Source of the DNA: a virus
Length of the DNA stretch: 64,000 bases
Direction: 5' to 3' (one strand)
Virus record (IMG/VR): IMGVR_UViG_3300032286_000719
Span: 1-64,000 of that record
Shown here: positions 49,801 through 59,314 of the stretch, piece by piece
How positions within the stretch are numbered: the first letter of the stretch is position 1
How the letters are laid out: each line of letters begins with the position of its first letter
Made by a program: the position numbers and the translations under genes
The notes under the pieces: model-generated
The model's input: only the letters and a program-made list of their open reading frames with translations
Told to the model about the DNA's origin: nothing
Database searches by the model: none

Positions 49801-51668
49801 AACAGAATCTTTCTAAGATAGATCCTGAGACAGGTAAGGTGAGAAAATCAATTCCTAAATACTTTACTCGAACAGATAAATCTGTAAATCAATTGTCTAC
49901 AGATCTTAATAAGATTGGGGCACTGTGGGTTAAGTCTTTATTTGAATATGAGAGTTCTAAAAACTTAGAGAACACTCTACTTACATTACATGCTGTTGAG
50001 AAAGCTAAAGGAAGTCTTATAGTTGAGAATGGTGTGGTTCAGTTTACAGATGGAGAGTTAAGTGTAAATGAATCAGAGAACAAGAACGCAGATGTATTAA
50101 GAACAATCATTGATGATGGACTGTATAAACTAGGACAAGATCTTGGGTCATTAGGAAATGTTGGTTTTGCTACACTTGGAGAAAAACTTGGTAAGACAGA
50201 AGAAGAAAAAGAAGCAAAGGCAGTGAATGCTAAAAAGCTGTTAAGTAATGCTGACTCATTAACTAGATCTCTTGCTGTTGGTCTTAAACCTCTTATTGCT
50301 ATAGCTAACTTTGTAGGATATAATTTCCAGGCATTTGTTAATGAAGGAACTATGTATTCATTTAAAGAATTTCAAAAGAACAACTTCAAGGTTGTTACAG
50401 GAAATAACTTCAGTGTAATACAAAAAGGACTTCTAGATCTTATTGTACCATTGAATGAAGATGTAACTACAGAAGAAAGAAGAAAAATAGCTAAGAAACA
50501 AGGACTTGGTAAATACTTATCTACATGGACATTTACTGATGTGATGATGTCAACTAACTCTTTTGCTGAGAGAAGATTACAAATGGGTAATGCATTGAGC
50601 ATTATTGATAACTCAATGGTGGTAGATGGTAAGATTGTGAACATAGTTCAATATCTAAAACAGCAAGATAGAAATGCTAGAAAAGGATTGTCTGAGAGTG
50701 AAAGAAAGGCTTTGGAAAAATCATTCAAAGAGAGAGTAAAAGAACTAAAAGAATCTTCTTCATTAGATAAGGTGGCTACCATTGAAAATGATGAGGTGAT
50801 TATTCCAGGAGTGAGTGATCTTGAACTTGCTAAATTCAGAACAATGATTGTTGAGTATGGTAGAAAGCTTAATGGACAGATGAATGAAGACAATAAAGCT
50901 GGCTATAGAAGAGATACTATATTCAGTTCATTCATGATGTTCAAGAACTGGATGCCTAAATTGGTTGCTGAGCATACATTAGGAATTGACAAGAATGCAG
51001 AACTTGATAAATGGGAGTATGGTAGAACTAGAGCATTTGTTAAAACCTGGCAACATGTAGGGTTTAGAAACATAGCAAAAATGAGAGCCATCATAACTGG
51101 TACTGATGAAGGATTGCAAATTCTTAATGAAATGCTTGAAGCTAAGAAGTTGGACTATTTCAAAAAGACTGGTCAAGAATTAGAGATTACAGAAGAAGAG
51201 TTTCAAGATCTTATAAGAGAACAGATAGCTAATCAAATGAAAGAACTATATTTATTATTTAGTGTAATAGGTTTAGTTATTGCAGCTAAAGCAGCTGAAC
51301 CACCAGAAGATGCTACAGATGAAGAAAAGAATAAATACAAATGGACTCTAAAACTTGTAAACAAAGTGTCTGATGAGATTACATTCTATTACAATCCTCT
51401 ATCATTTGAAAGTATGACAAAAGGATCTGTAATTCCATCTCTTGGACTTTTAACTAGAGCTACACAAGTGATGTGGTATACAAGTAGAGAAATGTATGGA
51501 GAAGCAACAGATGATGAACAGATGATTGAGAAGTCACATCCTACTAAATATTTCTTTAATATGATTCCTGTAGCTGCACAATTTCAAAATGAACTACTTC
51601 CTTATTTATATCCAGAACTAGCTAAAGAACAAGGCATAAGAGTTACTGGTGAAGCTAGATCTAGATAA
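46833..51668 (+). CDS. Ejected cargo protein with degenerate zincin and PD-(D/E)xK nuclease domain
   Basis: EEVIH remnant; PSVT...GTEIH...E...KID...DILDWKT...QMGEY nuclease motifs; hydrophobic helix LYLLFSVIGLVIAA near the C-terminus. Confidence 0.7.
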   Translation: MAYCVNRSSPEFKALAEQSNINPVILAAKVSLWQEKNGLDSFPNLDDIEIKSFPKLDIKPEEFVSLQLEDMPASKASDQTVSLMRAVAKQMDVDIQSLDEYAKGNPDINVKGINGLADLFKGVIAVAQGKENYAITEEVIHIATAIIEQTNPRVITEMISKIGRFKIYDETLKAYKNNKAYQLSNGKPDIRKIKKEAVDKLIAELIINESEGSTQFPELMDEANRSMIQKFFDFILDLIKLQYRKSNIDIFQQTSNRVLSGKVGGIVSDITNGGIFYQVKNSAVDKLYDIIADFNERITLVDQTINAAGETIPRHYEIDGLPEQIPSVTAKLKKSSKMPDRTDLQKFLDDQKKDWGTEIHDYIDKYITNNLIDKNGYKLATPLNDAIATKLTPKIKERVEQFSKELINSYEPGTRFILEAKAINEKVKGKLASKIDFIAIEPYTKEDGTEDVKVDILDWKTTSVNKSLDEDIHWGKQKDWKAQMGEYTKMLYNYGLKPNQLRKARMIPFVINYKYAVEGKPESGFSAPTSMEIGKLNSLEETNLYLLPVPINSETTGNAKIDSLVKSLREQWEKLYKKPVPAEDRYAKILEINKLSDAIRNLHVRLNFSPLVTVGKSFLNNARTALDDFANVDYETISKEELDKKLGDLIEYGASAVKFTSMDQVFLSQYEREGMTDENKKTLKELEHISSMAGRMLNEISELQSQYAVHLGMKEGITTEKTKETILNAEREIDGFAKTFLEGSKLSAKIIKLASNLIMNAKSLVNIEFARKMKEYEKILIPLEKEAAARGVKAFDLIGTMSPTGLNLIKKFDPAFWTEMKDAREKRDKSFFLKNMNITEYDKLSKAAIEKGLADLDKTVFSNDAEEDSLQRSWRKAKLRDSLDIHSEKFDGYDNYRFKQLFRETMIEEGHLSKEYEDLRKNKAAHDVWQFFTDLNVKAAKMGYLDKQGSSFFPLIEATMLQKFAQTDDLSAQAKESLWTDFYQTRINEEQNLSKIDPETGKVRKSIPKYFTRTDKSVNQLSTDLNKIGALWVKSLFEYESSKNLENTLLTLHAVEKAKGSLIVENGVVQFTDGELSVNESENKNADVLRTIIDDGLYKLGQDLGSLGNVGFATLGEKLGKTEEEKEAKAVNAKKLLSNADSLTRSLAVGLKPLIAIANFVGYNFQAFVNEGTMYSFKEFQKNNFKVVTGNNFSVIQKGLLDLIVPLNEDVTTEERRKIAKKQGLGKYLSTWTFTDVMMSTNSFAERRLQMGNALSIIDNSMVVDGKIVNIVQYLKQQDRNARKGLSESERKALEKSFKERVKELKESSSLDKVATIENDEVIIPGVSDLELAKFRTMIVEYGRKLNGQMNEDNKAGYRRDTIFSSFMMFKNWMPKLVAEHTLGIDKNAELDKWEYGRTRAFVKTWQHVGFRNIAKMRAIITGTDEGLQILNEMLEAKKLDYFKKTGQELEITEEEFQDLIREQIANQMKELYLLFSVIGLVIAAKAAEPPEDATDEEKNKYKWTLKLVNKVSDEITFYYNPLSFESMTKGSVIPSLGLLTRATQVMWYTSREMYGEATDDEQMIEKSHPTKYFFNMIPVAAQFQNELLPYLYPELAKEQGIRVTGEARSR

Positions 51669-51701
51669 CGCTATATTATATCATTTATTTGATACACCCT
51701 C

Positions 51702-51732
51702 TTTCAAAATACATAATTAATAATTAAATTTG
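51702..51732 (+). promoter_or_regulatory. Bacteroidota-type promoter for the lysis block, probably producing leaderless mRNA
   Basis: TAAATTTG at 51725-51732 with TTTC 19 nt upstream; the ATG is only 5 nt downstream. Confidence 0.5.
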
Positions 51733-51737
51733 CTCAC

Positions 51738-52127
51738 ATGAGAACAGCTGCAATTTGCCCAACCTGTGCTACGTATGAGAATGCTAAATGCATTATATAC
51801 AATGGCCCAATCCTTACTAATATAAATGTAAATCCTTTAGAGGATCTACCAACTATATTAGCAAAGATAAATACTAACTTAGTACCAAAAACTGGTACCA
51901 CTGCTCCTAGCATCCCTGCTATATATCTAGGACAAACTTATTTAAATACAACCACAAAGCTGCTATACTTTGCTAAGTCTGTAGGTACAGGAGCAACAGA
52001 CTGGAATCTTGTATTAACAGCACCTACTGTCACTCCTCAATTTGCTAACAACTCTGCTGCAGTATTTGCTGGTTTAGTTCCTGGACAAATATATCGTACA
52101 GGAGATCTTCTTAAAATAGTTCATTAA
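51738..52127 (+). CDS. Small fibre/decoration protein
   Basis: Same CxxYxG..L..IL.KI anchor module as the 5737, 6838 and 8118 genes; ends FANNSAAVFAGLVPGQIYRTG. Confidence 0.6.
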   Translation: MRTAAICPTCATYENAKCIIYNGPILTNINVNPLEDLPTILAKINTNLVPKTGTTAPSIPAIYLGQTYLNTTTKLLYFAKSVGTGATDWNLVLTAPTVTPQFANNSAAVFAGLVPGQIYRTGDLLKIVH

Positions 52128-52145
52128 CAATCTATTGCTCCCTAA

Positions 52146-52583
52146 ATGAAAACATTTCTTTTACAACTATTAACAGCCCTACTTTTATTCTTTGCACCAA
52201 TTCAACAGTTAGTTATTGTTGTAGGTCTAGCAATCTTGTGTGACACATTCACAGGTATTTATAAATCAGTTAAATTACATGGATGGAAATCTATTCGTAG
52301 TAGAAAGTTATCAAACATAATAAGCAAAATGGTTCTTTATGAGGTGGCAATTATTGTCCTCTATCCAATTGATAAATTTTTATTGAACGAACTATTACTA
52401 AACATTGTTTCAGTTCAATACTTTTCTACAAAAGTTGCATGTGTTCTTCTTATTCTTGTAGAAATAACATCAATTAAAGAAAACATAGAAGCAGCTTTAA
52501 AGATTGACATTTGGAAAACATTAAAAAACTTTATCAAAAGAGCAAAAGAAGTATCAAATAACTACGATGAAATCAAAAATTAA
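52146..52583 (+). CDS. Holin (Phage_holin_4_1-like)
   Basis: Three hydrophobic helices; DTFTG...SRKL...K...Y...E..SI.EN signature. Confidence 0.8.
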   Translation: MKTFLLQLLTALLLFFAPIQQLVIVVGLAILCDTFTGIYKSVKLHGWKSIRSRKLSNIISKMVLYEVAIIVLYPIDKFLLNELLLNIVSVQYFSTKVACVLLILVEITSIKENIEAALKIDIWKTLKNFIKRAKEVSNNYDEIKN

Positions 52584-53187
52584 CTTTACTTACATAATTA
52601 TAGCTGTACTTGTTGTAATAATCTTTTTACAAAGGTCTTGTTCTTCTGTATCAACTACTGAGGAACCAACTGTTATTACAAAGTATGACACTATATGGAA
52701 AGAAACACACGACACTATTACGAAGGAAGTGGAGGTTGTTAAAATACAATATGTTAAACCAGAGGGTCCTGAATACACTCCAGGAGAACATATAGACACA
52801 TGTAGAGCAAGATTCAATTACTTATTGAAACAACACACTGCAAGAAGAACATATAAAGACACAATTAAACTAGACAGTCTTGGAACTATAACAGTGATTG
52901 ACACTGTTTGGTTAAACAAGCTTGGTAAAAGAACCTACATTAAAGACTATAAGATACCTCTTGTTACCAAGACAGTTACAATTATTAAAGCACAACAACC
53001 AAAAAGACAGCTTTACATAGGAGGTAACTTGTTTGGTGACAGGAGAACCCTACAATCATTTACTCCTGGTCTTATATATAAAGATAGAAAGGACAGAGTG
53101 TATCAAGCTAATGTTGGTGTAAACTTTGATGGTACATTAATCTTTGGTGTTGGTACATATTGGAAAATCAACTTGAACAAAAAATAA
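52567..53187 (+). CDS. Putative spanin-like membrane/lipoprotein
   Basis: N-terminal TM ending at QRSC (possible lipobox), xDTx repeats and C-terminal amphipathic beta strands; lies between holin and endolysin. Confidence 0.55.
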   Translation: MKSKINFTYIIIAVLVVIIFLQRSCSSVSTTEEPTVITKYDTIWKETHDTITKEVEVVKIQYVKPEGPEYTPGEHIDTCRARFNYLLKQHTARRTYKDTIKLDSLGTITVIDTVWLNKLGKRTYIKDYKIPLVTKTVTIIKAQQPKRQLYIGGNLFGDRRTLQSFTPGLIYKDRKDRVYQANVGVNFDGTLIFGVGTYWKINLNKK

Positions 53188-53193
53188 TAACCA

Positions 53194-53610
53194 ATGGTAA
53201 CAAGTGCACAAGCTTTAAAAAAATATGGAGATCCAAACTTACAAAAAAGTTTAGTTCTTTTTGATGTACCAACTGAACTTGAAATAGGTTTAATACCTAA
53301 AAGAATATATTGCAACAAAGATCTTGTTGCACCTCTTACACAAGCATTTAAAAACTTAATTGCAACTGGTCATGTAAAAGAAATTAAAACATGGGATGGT
53401 TGTTTTAACATTAGAAAGAAAAGAGGATTAACTAGTATGTCATTACATTCTTGGGGAATTGCTGTTGATATAAATGCATTTGAAAATGGTCTTGGTAAAA
53501 CTCCTAAGTTGTCATCAGGATTTGTAAAATGTTTTACAGATGCAGGTTTTGATTGGGGAGGAACATGGACACGTAAAGATGGAATGCACTTCCAATTAAG
53601 TAAAATATAA
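53194..53610 (+). CDS. Endolysin, M15-family Zn peptidase
   Basis: R...SLHSWGIAVDIN...WGG.W..KDGMHFQ, the Peptidase_M15 (L-Ala-D-Glu / D,D-peptidase) motifs. Confidence 0.85.
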   Translation: MVTSAQALKKYGDPNLQKSLVLFDVPTELEIGLIPKRIYCNKDLVAPLTQAFKNLIATGHVKEIKTWDGCFNIRKKRGLTSMSLHSWGIAVDINAFENGLGKTPKLSSGFVKCFTDAGFDWGGTWTRKDGMHFQLSKI

Positions 53611-53747
53611 TGGCAAAGATAACCAACACAGTAGTGAAGTTAGAAAGACCAAAGGTTAATAGACCTAATGTACATGCTAAATCACAAACATCAAACTTAA
53701 AAAGCTCTAAGAATTACAAGAAACTTTATAAAGGACAAGGTAGATGA
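53610..53747 (+). CDS. 45-aa basic microprotein ending KKLYKGQGR (not in ORF track)
   Basis: TAATG overlap with the endolysin stop; MAKITNTVVKLERPKVNRPNVHAKSQTSNLKSSKNYKKLYKGQGR. Confidence 0.7.
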   Translation: MAKITNTVVKLERPKVNRPNVHAKSQTSNLKSSKNYKKLYKGQGR

Positions 53748-53896
53748 TGGAATGGGAATTAGAAATAGGGTTTCATTGGCCACATGATAGACTAGCTTTA
53801 GGTTGGGAGATTATATATGCTGATGACAAATATAATTTTGATACATATATTCTATATGTTGGAATTATGACAATAACACTAGACGTATGGAAGTAA
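53747..53896 (+). CDS. 49-aa aromatic/acidic microprotein (not in ORF track)
   Basis: TGATG coupling with the previous ORF; MEWELEIGFHWPHDRLALGWEIIYADDKYNFDTYILYVGIMTITLDVWK; fills the gap. Confidence 0.6.
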   Translation: MEWELEIGFHWPHDRLALGWEIIYADDKYNFDTYILYVGIMTITLDVWK

Positions 53897-54189
53897 TATA
53901 TCAAGGAGATGTAGCAACAGATGGTAGTACAAAAATACTTTGTACAACGTCATCATTGAATGTAACTAACATTGTTATAAACAATCTTAGTTCAAACTAT
54001 GTTTTCAACTTAAATAGAATTAAGAATGACTCTCCTTTAGTTACAGTTCCTATATATGAATTAAGTTTAGATGCAGGAGATTCAATAAGAGATACAAATC
54101 CTTACATCTTATATAACTCTGATTATATACAATTCATTTCAGATGTAGTAGGAACAACATATTATGTTAAAGCAACACTAGAAATATAA
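53887..54189 (+). CDS. Small beta-sandwich virion protein
   Basis: 100 aa, beta-rich (LSLDAGDS...LYNSDYI), precedes a fibre gene. Confidence 0.5.
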   Translation: MEVIYQGDVATDGSTKILCTTSSLNVTNIVINNLSSNYVFNLNRIKNDSPLVTVPIYELSLDAGDSIRDTNPYILYNSDYIQFISDVVGTTYYVKATLEI

Positions 54190-55604
54190 TGTATGAGTTT
54201 ATAGATAAGAATGGAAAAATCTCAGCTAACTCTGCTAATGTTATTGTAATAGATAAGAATGGATTAGTAAAGCAAGTTGGCACAGGGGGAGGAGGAGGCT
54301 CTCCAACAGGCCCTGCAGGAGGTGACTTATCTGGAACCTATCCCAATCCATCAGTTGTATGGAATAATGGAACAAGTACATATAATTTATTATACTATCC
54401 TCTTTCATCTAATCCAGCTAATTATCTTACATCAACTTCAGCAGGCTTACTTTATTATCCTTTATCAAGTAATCCTGCAGGATATGTAACTCCTACTTTT
54501 CCAGGAGCAGGAACAAATAGATATATTACTAGATGGAGTGGTACAGGAACTATTGAAAATAGTAATCTGTATGATTCAGGAGGAGGTATATATAATGTTA
54601 ATCCTGTATCAGGTAATTATTCTTTTCAAATAAATGGATTTTCTGGTTTAGGAACATCTTATGGATTACAAATAATTGCAGGTTCAAATAATAGCGATAC
54701 TTCTTTTAATGTAAGAAATTATAATGGAACTGTTCAATTATTTAAAATAAAAGGAGATGGAGAATTACAAATAGGTGTAACTCCAACAACAGGAACAACA
54801 TCTGATTATATTTTATTAAGAGATAGTTCAGGTAATGTAAAACAAATAGCCTATCCTACTATTCCTAGTGGAGGTGTTATATCAGTTACAGGAACTTCTC
54901 CAATAGTTTCAAGTGGAGGAGCTACTCCTGCAATTAGTATTCCTTTAGGAACATCATCAGTTGATGGCTATTTATCTGCTACTGATAGAACAAATTTTCA
55001 AACTGCTTATTCTAATAGAATAACATCTTTAACTACAACAGGTTCTGGTGCTGCAACATTAATATCTAATGTGTTAAATATACCTACTCCAGTTATACCA
55101 ACAGTTGGTACTTGGGGAACATTAAACTATCCAACATGGACTACAGGCACACCATTTGTTAAAATGACTGCTGTAGGCACATTTACTTTAGATACAACTA
55201 CATATTTATCATCTATTACATCTTCAGATGTAACAACAGCATTAGGATATACACCAGTTACAAACGCAAGAACAATATCCACAACATCTCCTTTGAGTGG
55301 TGGTGGTGATTTAACTGCAGATAGAACATTTAGTATTACACAAGCTACAACATCAACTGATGGATATTTAAGTGCTACAGATTGGACTACATTTAATAGT
55401 AAACAAAATGGTTCATCAAGAAGAAATGCAAACAATTCTACAAATAATAATATAAATTATTGTGGATATGCACCAGTTGGTTCTGCAGAATCTGCAACAG
55501 TGTGGACAATAACAAGAATAACAGTAGCTGCAAGTGGCTCAATAACAACAGGTTTAGCTACAAACGTAGCTTGGACAAGTAGAGAATCTATACCATATAC
55601 ATAA
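54189..55604 (+). CDS. Tail/head fibre protein
   Basis: GPAGGDLSGTYPNP, duplicated YYPLSSNPAxY, duplicated DGYLSATD segments and VTTALGYTP, all typical fibre shaft motifs. Confidence 0.7.
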   Translation: MYEFIDKNGKISANSANVIVIDKNGLVKQVGTGGGGGSPTGPAGGDLSGTYPNPSVVWNNGTSTYNLLYYPLSSNPANYLTSTSAGLLYYPLSSNPAGYVTPTFPGAGTNRYITRWSGTGTIENSNLYDSGGGIYNVNPVSGNYSFQINGFSGLGTSYGLQIIAGSNNSDTSFNVRNYNGTVQLFKIKGDGELQIGVTPTTGTTSDYILLRDSSGNVKQIAYPTIPSGGVISVTGTSPIVSSGGATPAISIPLGTSSVDGYLSATDRTNFQTAYSNRITSLTTTGSGAATLISNVLNIPTPVIPTVGTWGTLNYPTWTTGTPFVKMTAVGTFTLDTTTYLSSITSSDVTTALGYTPVTNARTISTTSPLSGGGDLTADRTFSITQATTSTDGYLSATDWTTFNSKQNGSSRRNANNSTNNNINYCGYAPVGSAESATVWTITRITVAASGSITTGLATNVAWTSRESIPYT

Positions 55605-55615
55605 AAAATAAAATT

Positions 55616-55906
55616 ATGCCAATTACAAGTAATAATCCAATAGAAGTAGATGGAAATGTTTATCCATACTACATGATTAATTTAGCAATATCGCCATTAG
55701 TTAAACCAACTGATATAGGTGGTAGTGTAGCTATGCGTTTAACACCTTACAGAGTTTTAGAAGATGGAAGTTCAGTAAGTTTGCCTGACAATTCAATTCC
55801 TATTACATATATGGATGTTTTTGATAGTGGAGACACAGATGCTATAAATGCAGCAGCTACAATTATGGGTGCATTGCAAACATTTATTAATGATAAAAAT
55901 CTTTAA
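55616..55906 (+). CDS. Hypothetical protein (possible fibre chaperone/adaptor)
   Basis: 96-aa ORF between two fibre-like genes. Confidence 0.5.
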   Translation: MPITSNNPIEVDGNVYPYYMINLAISPLVKPTDIGGSVAMRLTPYRVLEDGSSVSLPDNSIPITYMDVFDSGDTDAINAAATIMGALQTFINDKNL

Positions 55907-55908
55907 TT

Positions 55909-57183
55909 ATGGCAGTAAGATATGCAGTAGCAAGTGGTAACTGGAGTAATACTGCTACTTGGAATGGTGGTACATTACCAACAAGTGCAGATGATGTATA
56001 TGCTAATGGTTTTACTGTTACTATAAATGGTACTTTTACTGTATTATCTATAAGAAGTACATCAAATGCGTCACCTGTTGTTTTGGTAGGAGGTCAATTT
56101 ATTTATGCTAATGGGGGAGATTTAACTTGCACTGCTGCTCAAGCTATTGTTATTGGTTCACTCACTTCAGTATTAGAGATGAATTTAGCAAGTCCTAATA
56201 CTGCCACTTTTAGAGGTAGTATTTTAACGTCTAATGTTGTTACAGGTTCTACTACTATTTTATTATCATCAACTGGAACTTTTAATTTAATAGGAAATTA
56301 TAGTGCAGATGGTTCCACAAGCAATTCAACTGGAGGTAAAACTATTATAGGTTCAACAGGAAATGGAACATTAAATATAGTTGGTGATTTAAATAATGCA
56401 AGTAATATTGGAGGAAGTCAAAGTAGTAACACATTAGTATTAACAGGAGGAATATTAAATTTAACAGGCAATGTAAGTAATGCTTCTATTTCATCAGGTT
56501 CAGGAAATGCATTTACAATAAATTCAGCATCTGCTACTGCAAATATAACTGGAAATATTACAAATTCATCTCCTAAAATATCTATATCAATTAATGGAGG
56601 TAACCTTAATGTTGTTGGAAATACAACAGGAGGTAGTACTCAACCAGCAATTTTTAATCAAACAACTGCTGCAACAATTTCTGTTACTGGTATAATTACT
56701 GCAAGTACTGGAGCACCAGCTATTTATTCATCTTTTGCTCTTACATCAGCATATAGTTCAGGAACATTTGTAAAAGTCTCTGGAAACGTAGTTAATTCAA
56801 CTAATAATATGGCTATTGTAGCACCAAGAGTAACAATAGACACTGCTACATCAAGTTGGTTATTTCAAATAAGCACAGGTGGTAATAGAACATTATACGC
56901 AGCAGGTGTTGCTTTAGGAAATCCTGCAACTAATAATGTAAGAAGTGGAACAGTTTATGGAGCATCAAGTGAATTAACAGGAACATTGATTGTACCATCT
57001 CCATCTAATGTATTACAGGGAGTTGGAACAGATGCTACAGTGGGAACATTATTAATGACACCAGCTGACTTTTGGAATTATTTAATATCAAGTGGTTTCA
57101 CAGCAAATAGTATTGGAGATAGATTACAAAATGCAGCAACTGTAGCTACAACTGGTGGACAAATAGCATCATATAATATATAA
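55909..57183 (+). CDS. Beta-helical spike/adhesin-like protein
   Basis: SGNWSNTATWNGGTLPTSADDV N-cap followed by G/N/T-rich xLNIxGx repeats typical of beta-solenoids. Confidence 0.6.
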   Translation: MAVRYAVASGNWSNTATWNGGTLPTSADDVYANGFTVTINGTFTVLSIRSTSNASPVVLVGGQFIYANGGDLTCTAAQAIVIGSLTSVLEMNLASPNTATFRGSILTSNVVTGSTTILLSSTGTFNLIGNYSADGSTSNSTGGKTIIGSTGNGTLNIVGDLNNASNIGGSQSSNTLVLTGGILNLTGNVSNASISSGSGNAFTINSASATANITGNITNSSPKISISINGGNLNVVGNTTGGSTQPAIFNQTTAATISVTGIITASTGAPAIYSSFALTSAYSSGTFVKVSGNVVNSTNNMAIVAPRVTIDTATSSWLFQISTGGNRTLYAAGVALGNPATNNVRSGTVYGASSELTGTLIVPSPSNVLQGVGTDATVGTLLMTPADFWNYLISSGFTANSIGDRLQNAATVATTGGQIASYNI

Positions 57184-57199
57184 ATAAAAATAAATAAAA

Positions 57200-57237
57200 T
57201 ATATTTGTATTTGATATAGAAATTATCACTACATTTA
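57200..57237 (+). promoter_or_regulatory. Candidate Bacteroidota promoter
   Basis: TATATTTG at 57200-57207 and TACATTTA at 57230-57237 in the intergenic gap; AT-rich context lowers specificity. Confidence 0.35.
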
Positions 57238-57270
57238 TAGCGTCATTTAATAATCTTTAAAATAAAAATC

Positions 57271-58296
57271 ATGGCAATACCATCAAGAGGAATAGGCTGG
57301 AGTACAGAAGATAACCTGTTATGGCAAATCTCTAAGCAATTAGAAAGACTAACGCAAGTTACAGGTAATAGTGTAAGTGGATCTCAAACACTTGCACAAA
57401 CACTTGTTATTGGAAACAATACAGGTGGAACTGATATACTATTAAATAATGATGATGCAATACAGTTAGAGAATAATTCTTCAATTAAAAAAGGAACTTA
57501 TGACTTTGGTCAAAATGGTGGTGTTTCTCGTATATGTGGAGTCGATTATGAGGATATGTGGCAAGGTGGAATTAGACACGTTTTTGATAACAATGGATAT
57601 ATTAGAAATTCAACAAATGGTTTTAATACAGTTCCTAATACCAGTTTTGATGATACTTTAAGATTTAAAGTAGGTTCATTTTGGACTTTAGATGATGGTA
57701 CTACTTACAAATGTATTGACAATAGTACAGGAGCAGCTGTTTGGGAATTATATTCTTCACCACCTAAATATAAAGTGTATACAGCTTTATTAACACAGAG
57801 TGGTTCTAGTAATCCTCAAGATATTAACTCAGGAAATTTAACTGTAGGTGTAACATATTTCATCAATAATAATGTGTTAGGAGATTTTACAAATGTAGGA
57901 GCACCTAATAATGATAATGGTACATATTTTGTGGCAACAGGTACAACTCCAGCTGACTGGGGTATAAATATTAGTGGTGATACACTTACTTTTGATACAG
58001 CAACTCCAATAGTAAGAATATTAGAAAACACTATTGGTGATGTTTGGTTTGTATATTTAGACCTTGGGAATTACGCTTGTTATTGCTCAACGCCTTTATT
58101 TACTGTTAATAAAACAACATTAAATAGTGAGATATTTTATAGTAACACTAACGACCAAATGTGCTCTTTAATTAGTAGCACAGGTGATTTTGACAGCCAA
58201 TCTGTAGTTTTTTCATCTGTAAGAAGTTCAGGGTCAATACAATTTGAAAATAACGCATTGCAAGATACATTTTTTGAAATAAGAGTGTACAACTAA
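57271..58296 (+). CDS. Virion fibre/decoration protein, LLWQISKQL anchor family member 1
   Basis: MAIPSRGIGWSTEDNLLWQISKQLERL N-terminus; C-terminal KYKVYTALLTQSG...LENTIG...EIRVY domain. Confidence 0.65.
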   Translation: MAIPSRGIGWSTEDNLLWQISKQLERLTQVTGNSVSGSQTLAQTLVIGNNTGGTDILLNNDDAIQLENNSSIKKGTYDFGQNGGVSRICGVDYEDMWQGGIRHVFDNNGYIRNSTNGFNTVPNTSFDDTLRFKVGSFWTLDDGTTYKCIDNSTGAAVWELYSSPPKYKVYTALLTQSGSSNPQDINSGNLTVGVTYFINNNVLGDFTNVGAPNNDNGTYFVATGTTPADWGINISGDTLTFDTATPIVRILENTIGDVWFVYLDLGNYACYCSTPLFTVNKTTLNSEIFYSNTNDQMCSLISSTGDFDSQSVVFSSVRSSGSIQFENNALQDTFFEIRVYN

Positions 58297-58314
58297 TAAT
58301 ATATAAAGAAAGAA

Positions 58315-59301
58315 ATGGCTATACCTAGTAGACAAATTGGTTGGAGCACACAATCTAACTTACTATGGCAGATATCTAAACAATTAGAACGTCTGACATG
58401 TGTAACTGCTGGTGGATGTGGCACAACTACTACTACAACTACTACTACTACAGGATGTTTAAATTGTGTAGAAGAACCTGTTGTTATTGGCACACAAACT
58501 TGGGACAAATGTAATTTAAATGTAACTACTTATGCTAATGGAGATCCTATCCCAGAGGTAACAGATCCTGCTGTATGGACTAGTTTAACTACTGGAGCTT
58601 GGTGCTATTATGACAATGACCCTCTAAATGAACCTATATATGGAAAACTCTACAACTGGTATGCATTAACAGATCCAAGAGGATTAGCTCCTGTAGGTAA
58701 AAGTATTCCAACAGATGAAGACTGGACCACTTTAACCACTTTCTTAGGAGGAGAATCAATTGCTGGAGGATCAATGAAAGAGACAGGACTATGTCATTGG
58801 GCAGATCCAAACACAGATGCTACAAACAGTAGTGGTTTTACAGCTCTTGGAGGAGGTTATAGAGACATTGATAGCACATTCTTAGAGTTTAATACCTATG
58901 GTGTATGGTGGGCTTCGACAGAGATAAATTCAGGTGCTTATCTTCGAATTTTATTTTACAGCGATGGTAGTGTAAACAGATCAGGTAGTGATAAAAGGCA
59001 TGGTTTCTCAGTTAGATGCTTAGTAGATAATACAACTACTACTACTACAACATTAAATCCTTTAATTAATACAAATTATACATTTATTAATTGTATAGCA
59101 CCTTGTGGTGGTGGATGTAGAAGACCTCTTTCTTATTATGATGTTTGGATGATACAATCATGTATAGACTCTTGGCCATTGATAGGATGTGCAGTTTGGT
59201 TAGATGAAGCAGGAACAACACCATTTCCTTCAGGTAATTATAATAATAATGACATTAATTGTATTGAAATAACAGATGGTGTGGTAACCAATATTGTTTA
59301 A
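58315..59301 (+). CDS. LLWQISKQL anchor, Thr linker, Fib_succ_major domain and Cys-rich tip
   Basis: VIGTQTWDKCNLNV...YGKLYNWYA...GFSVRC FISUMP signature. Confidence 0.75.
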   Translation: MAIPSRQIGWSTQSNLLWQISKQLERLTCVTAGGCGTTTTTTTTTTGCLNCVEEPVVIGTQTWDKCNLNVTTYANGDPIPEVTDPAVWTSLTTGAWCYYDNDPLNEPIYGKLYNWYALTDPRGLAPVGKSIPTDEDWTTLTTFLGGESIAGGSMKETGLCHWADPNTDATNSSGFTALGGGYRDIDSTFLEFNTYGVWWASTEINSGAYLRILFYSDGSVNRSGSDKRHGFSVRCLVDNTTTTTTTLNPLINTNYTFINCIAPCGGGCRRPLSYYDVWMIQSCIDSWPLIGCAVWLDEAGTTPFPSGNYNNNDINCIEITDGVVTNIV

Positions 59302-59314
59302 AATAAAAATAAAA

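Noticed and set aside
9355-59020. Possible DGR template/variable repeat pair (two FISUMP copies; duplicated C-termini of 58315 and 59315)
   Set aside because: The differences are not adenine-restricted, both copies are coding, and no reverse transcriptase is present in the window.
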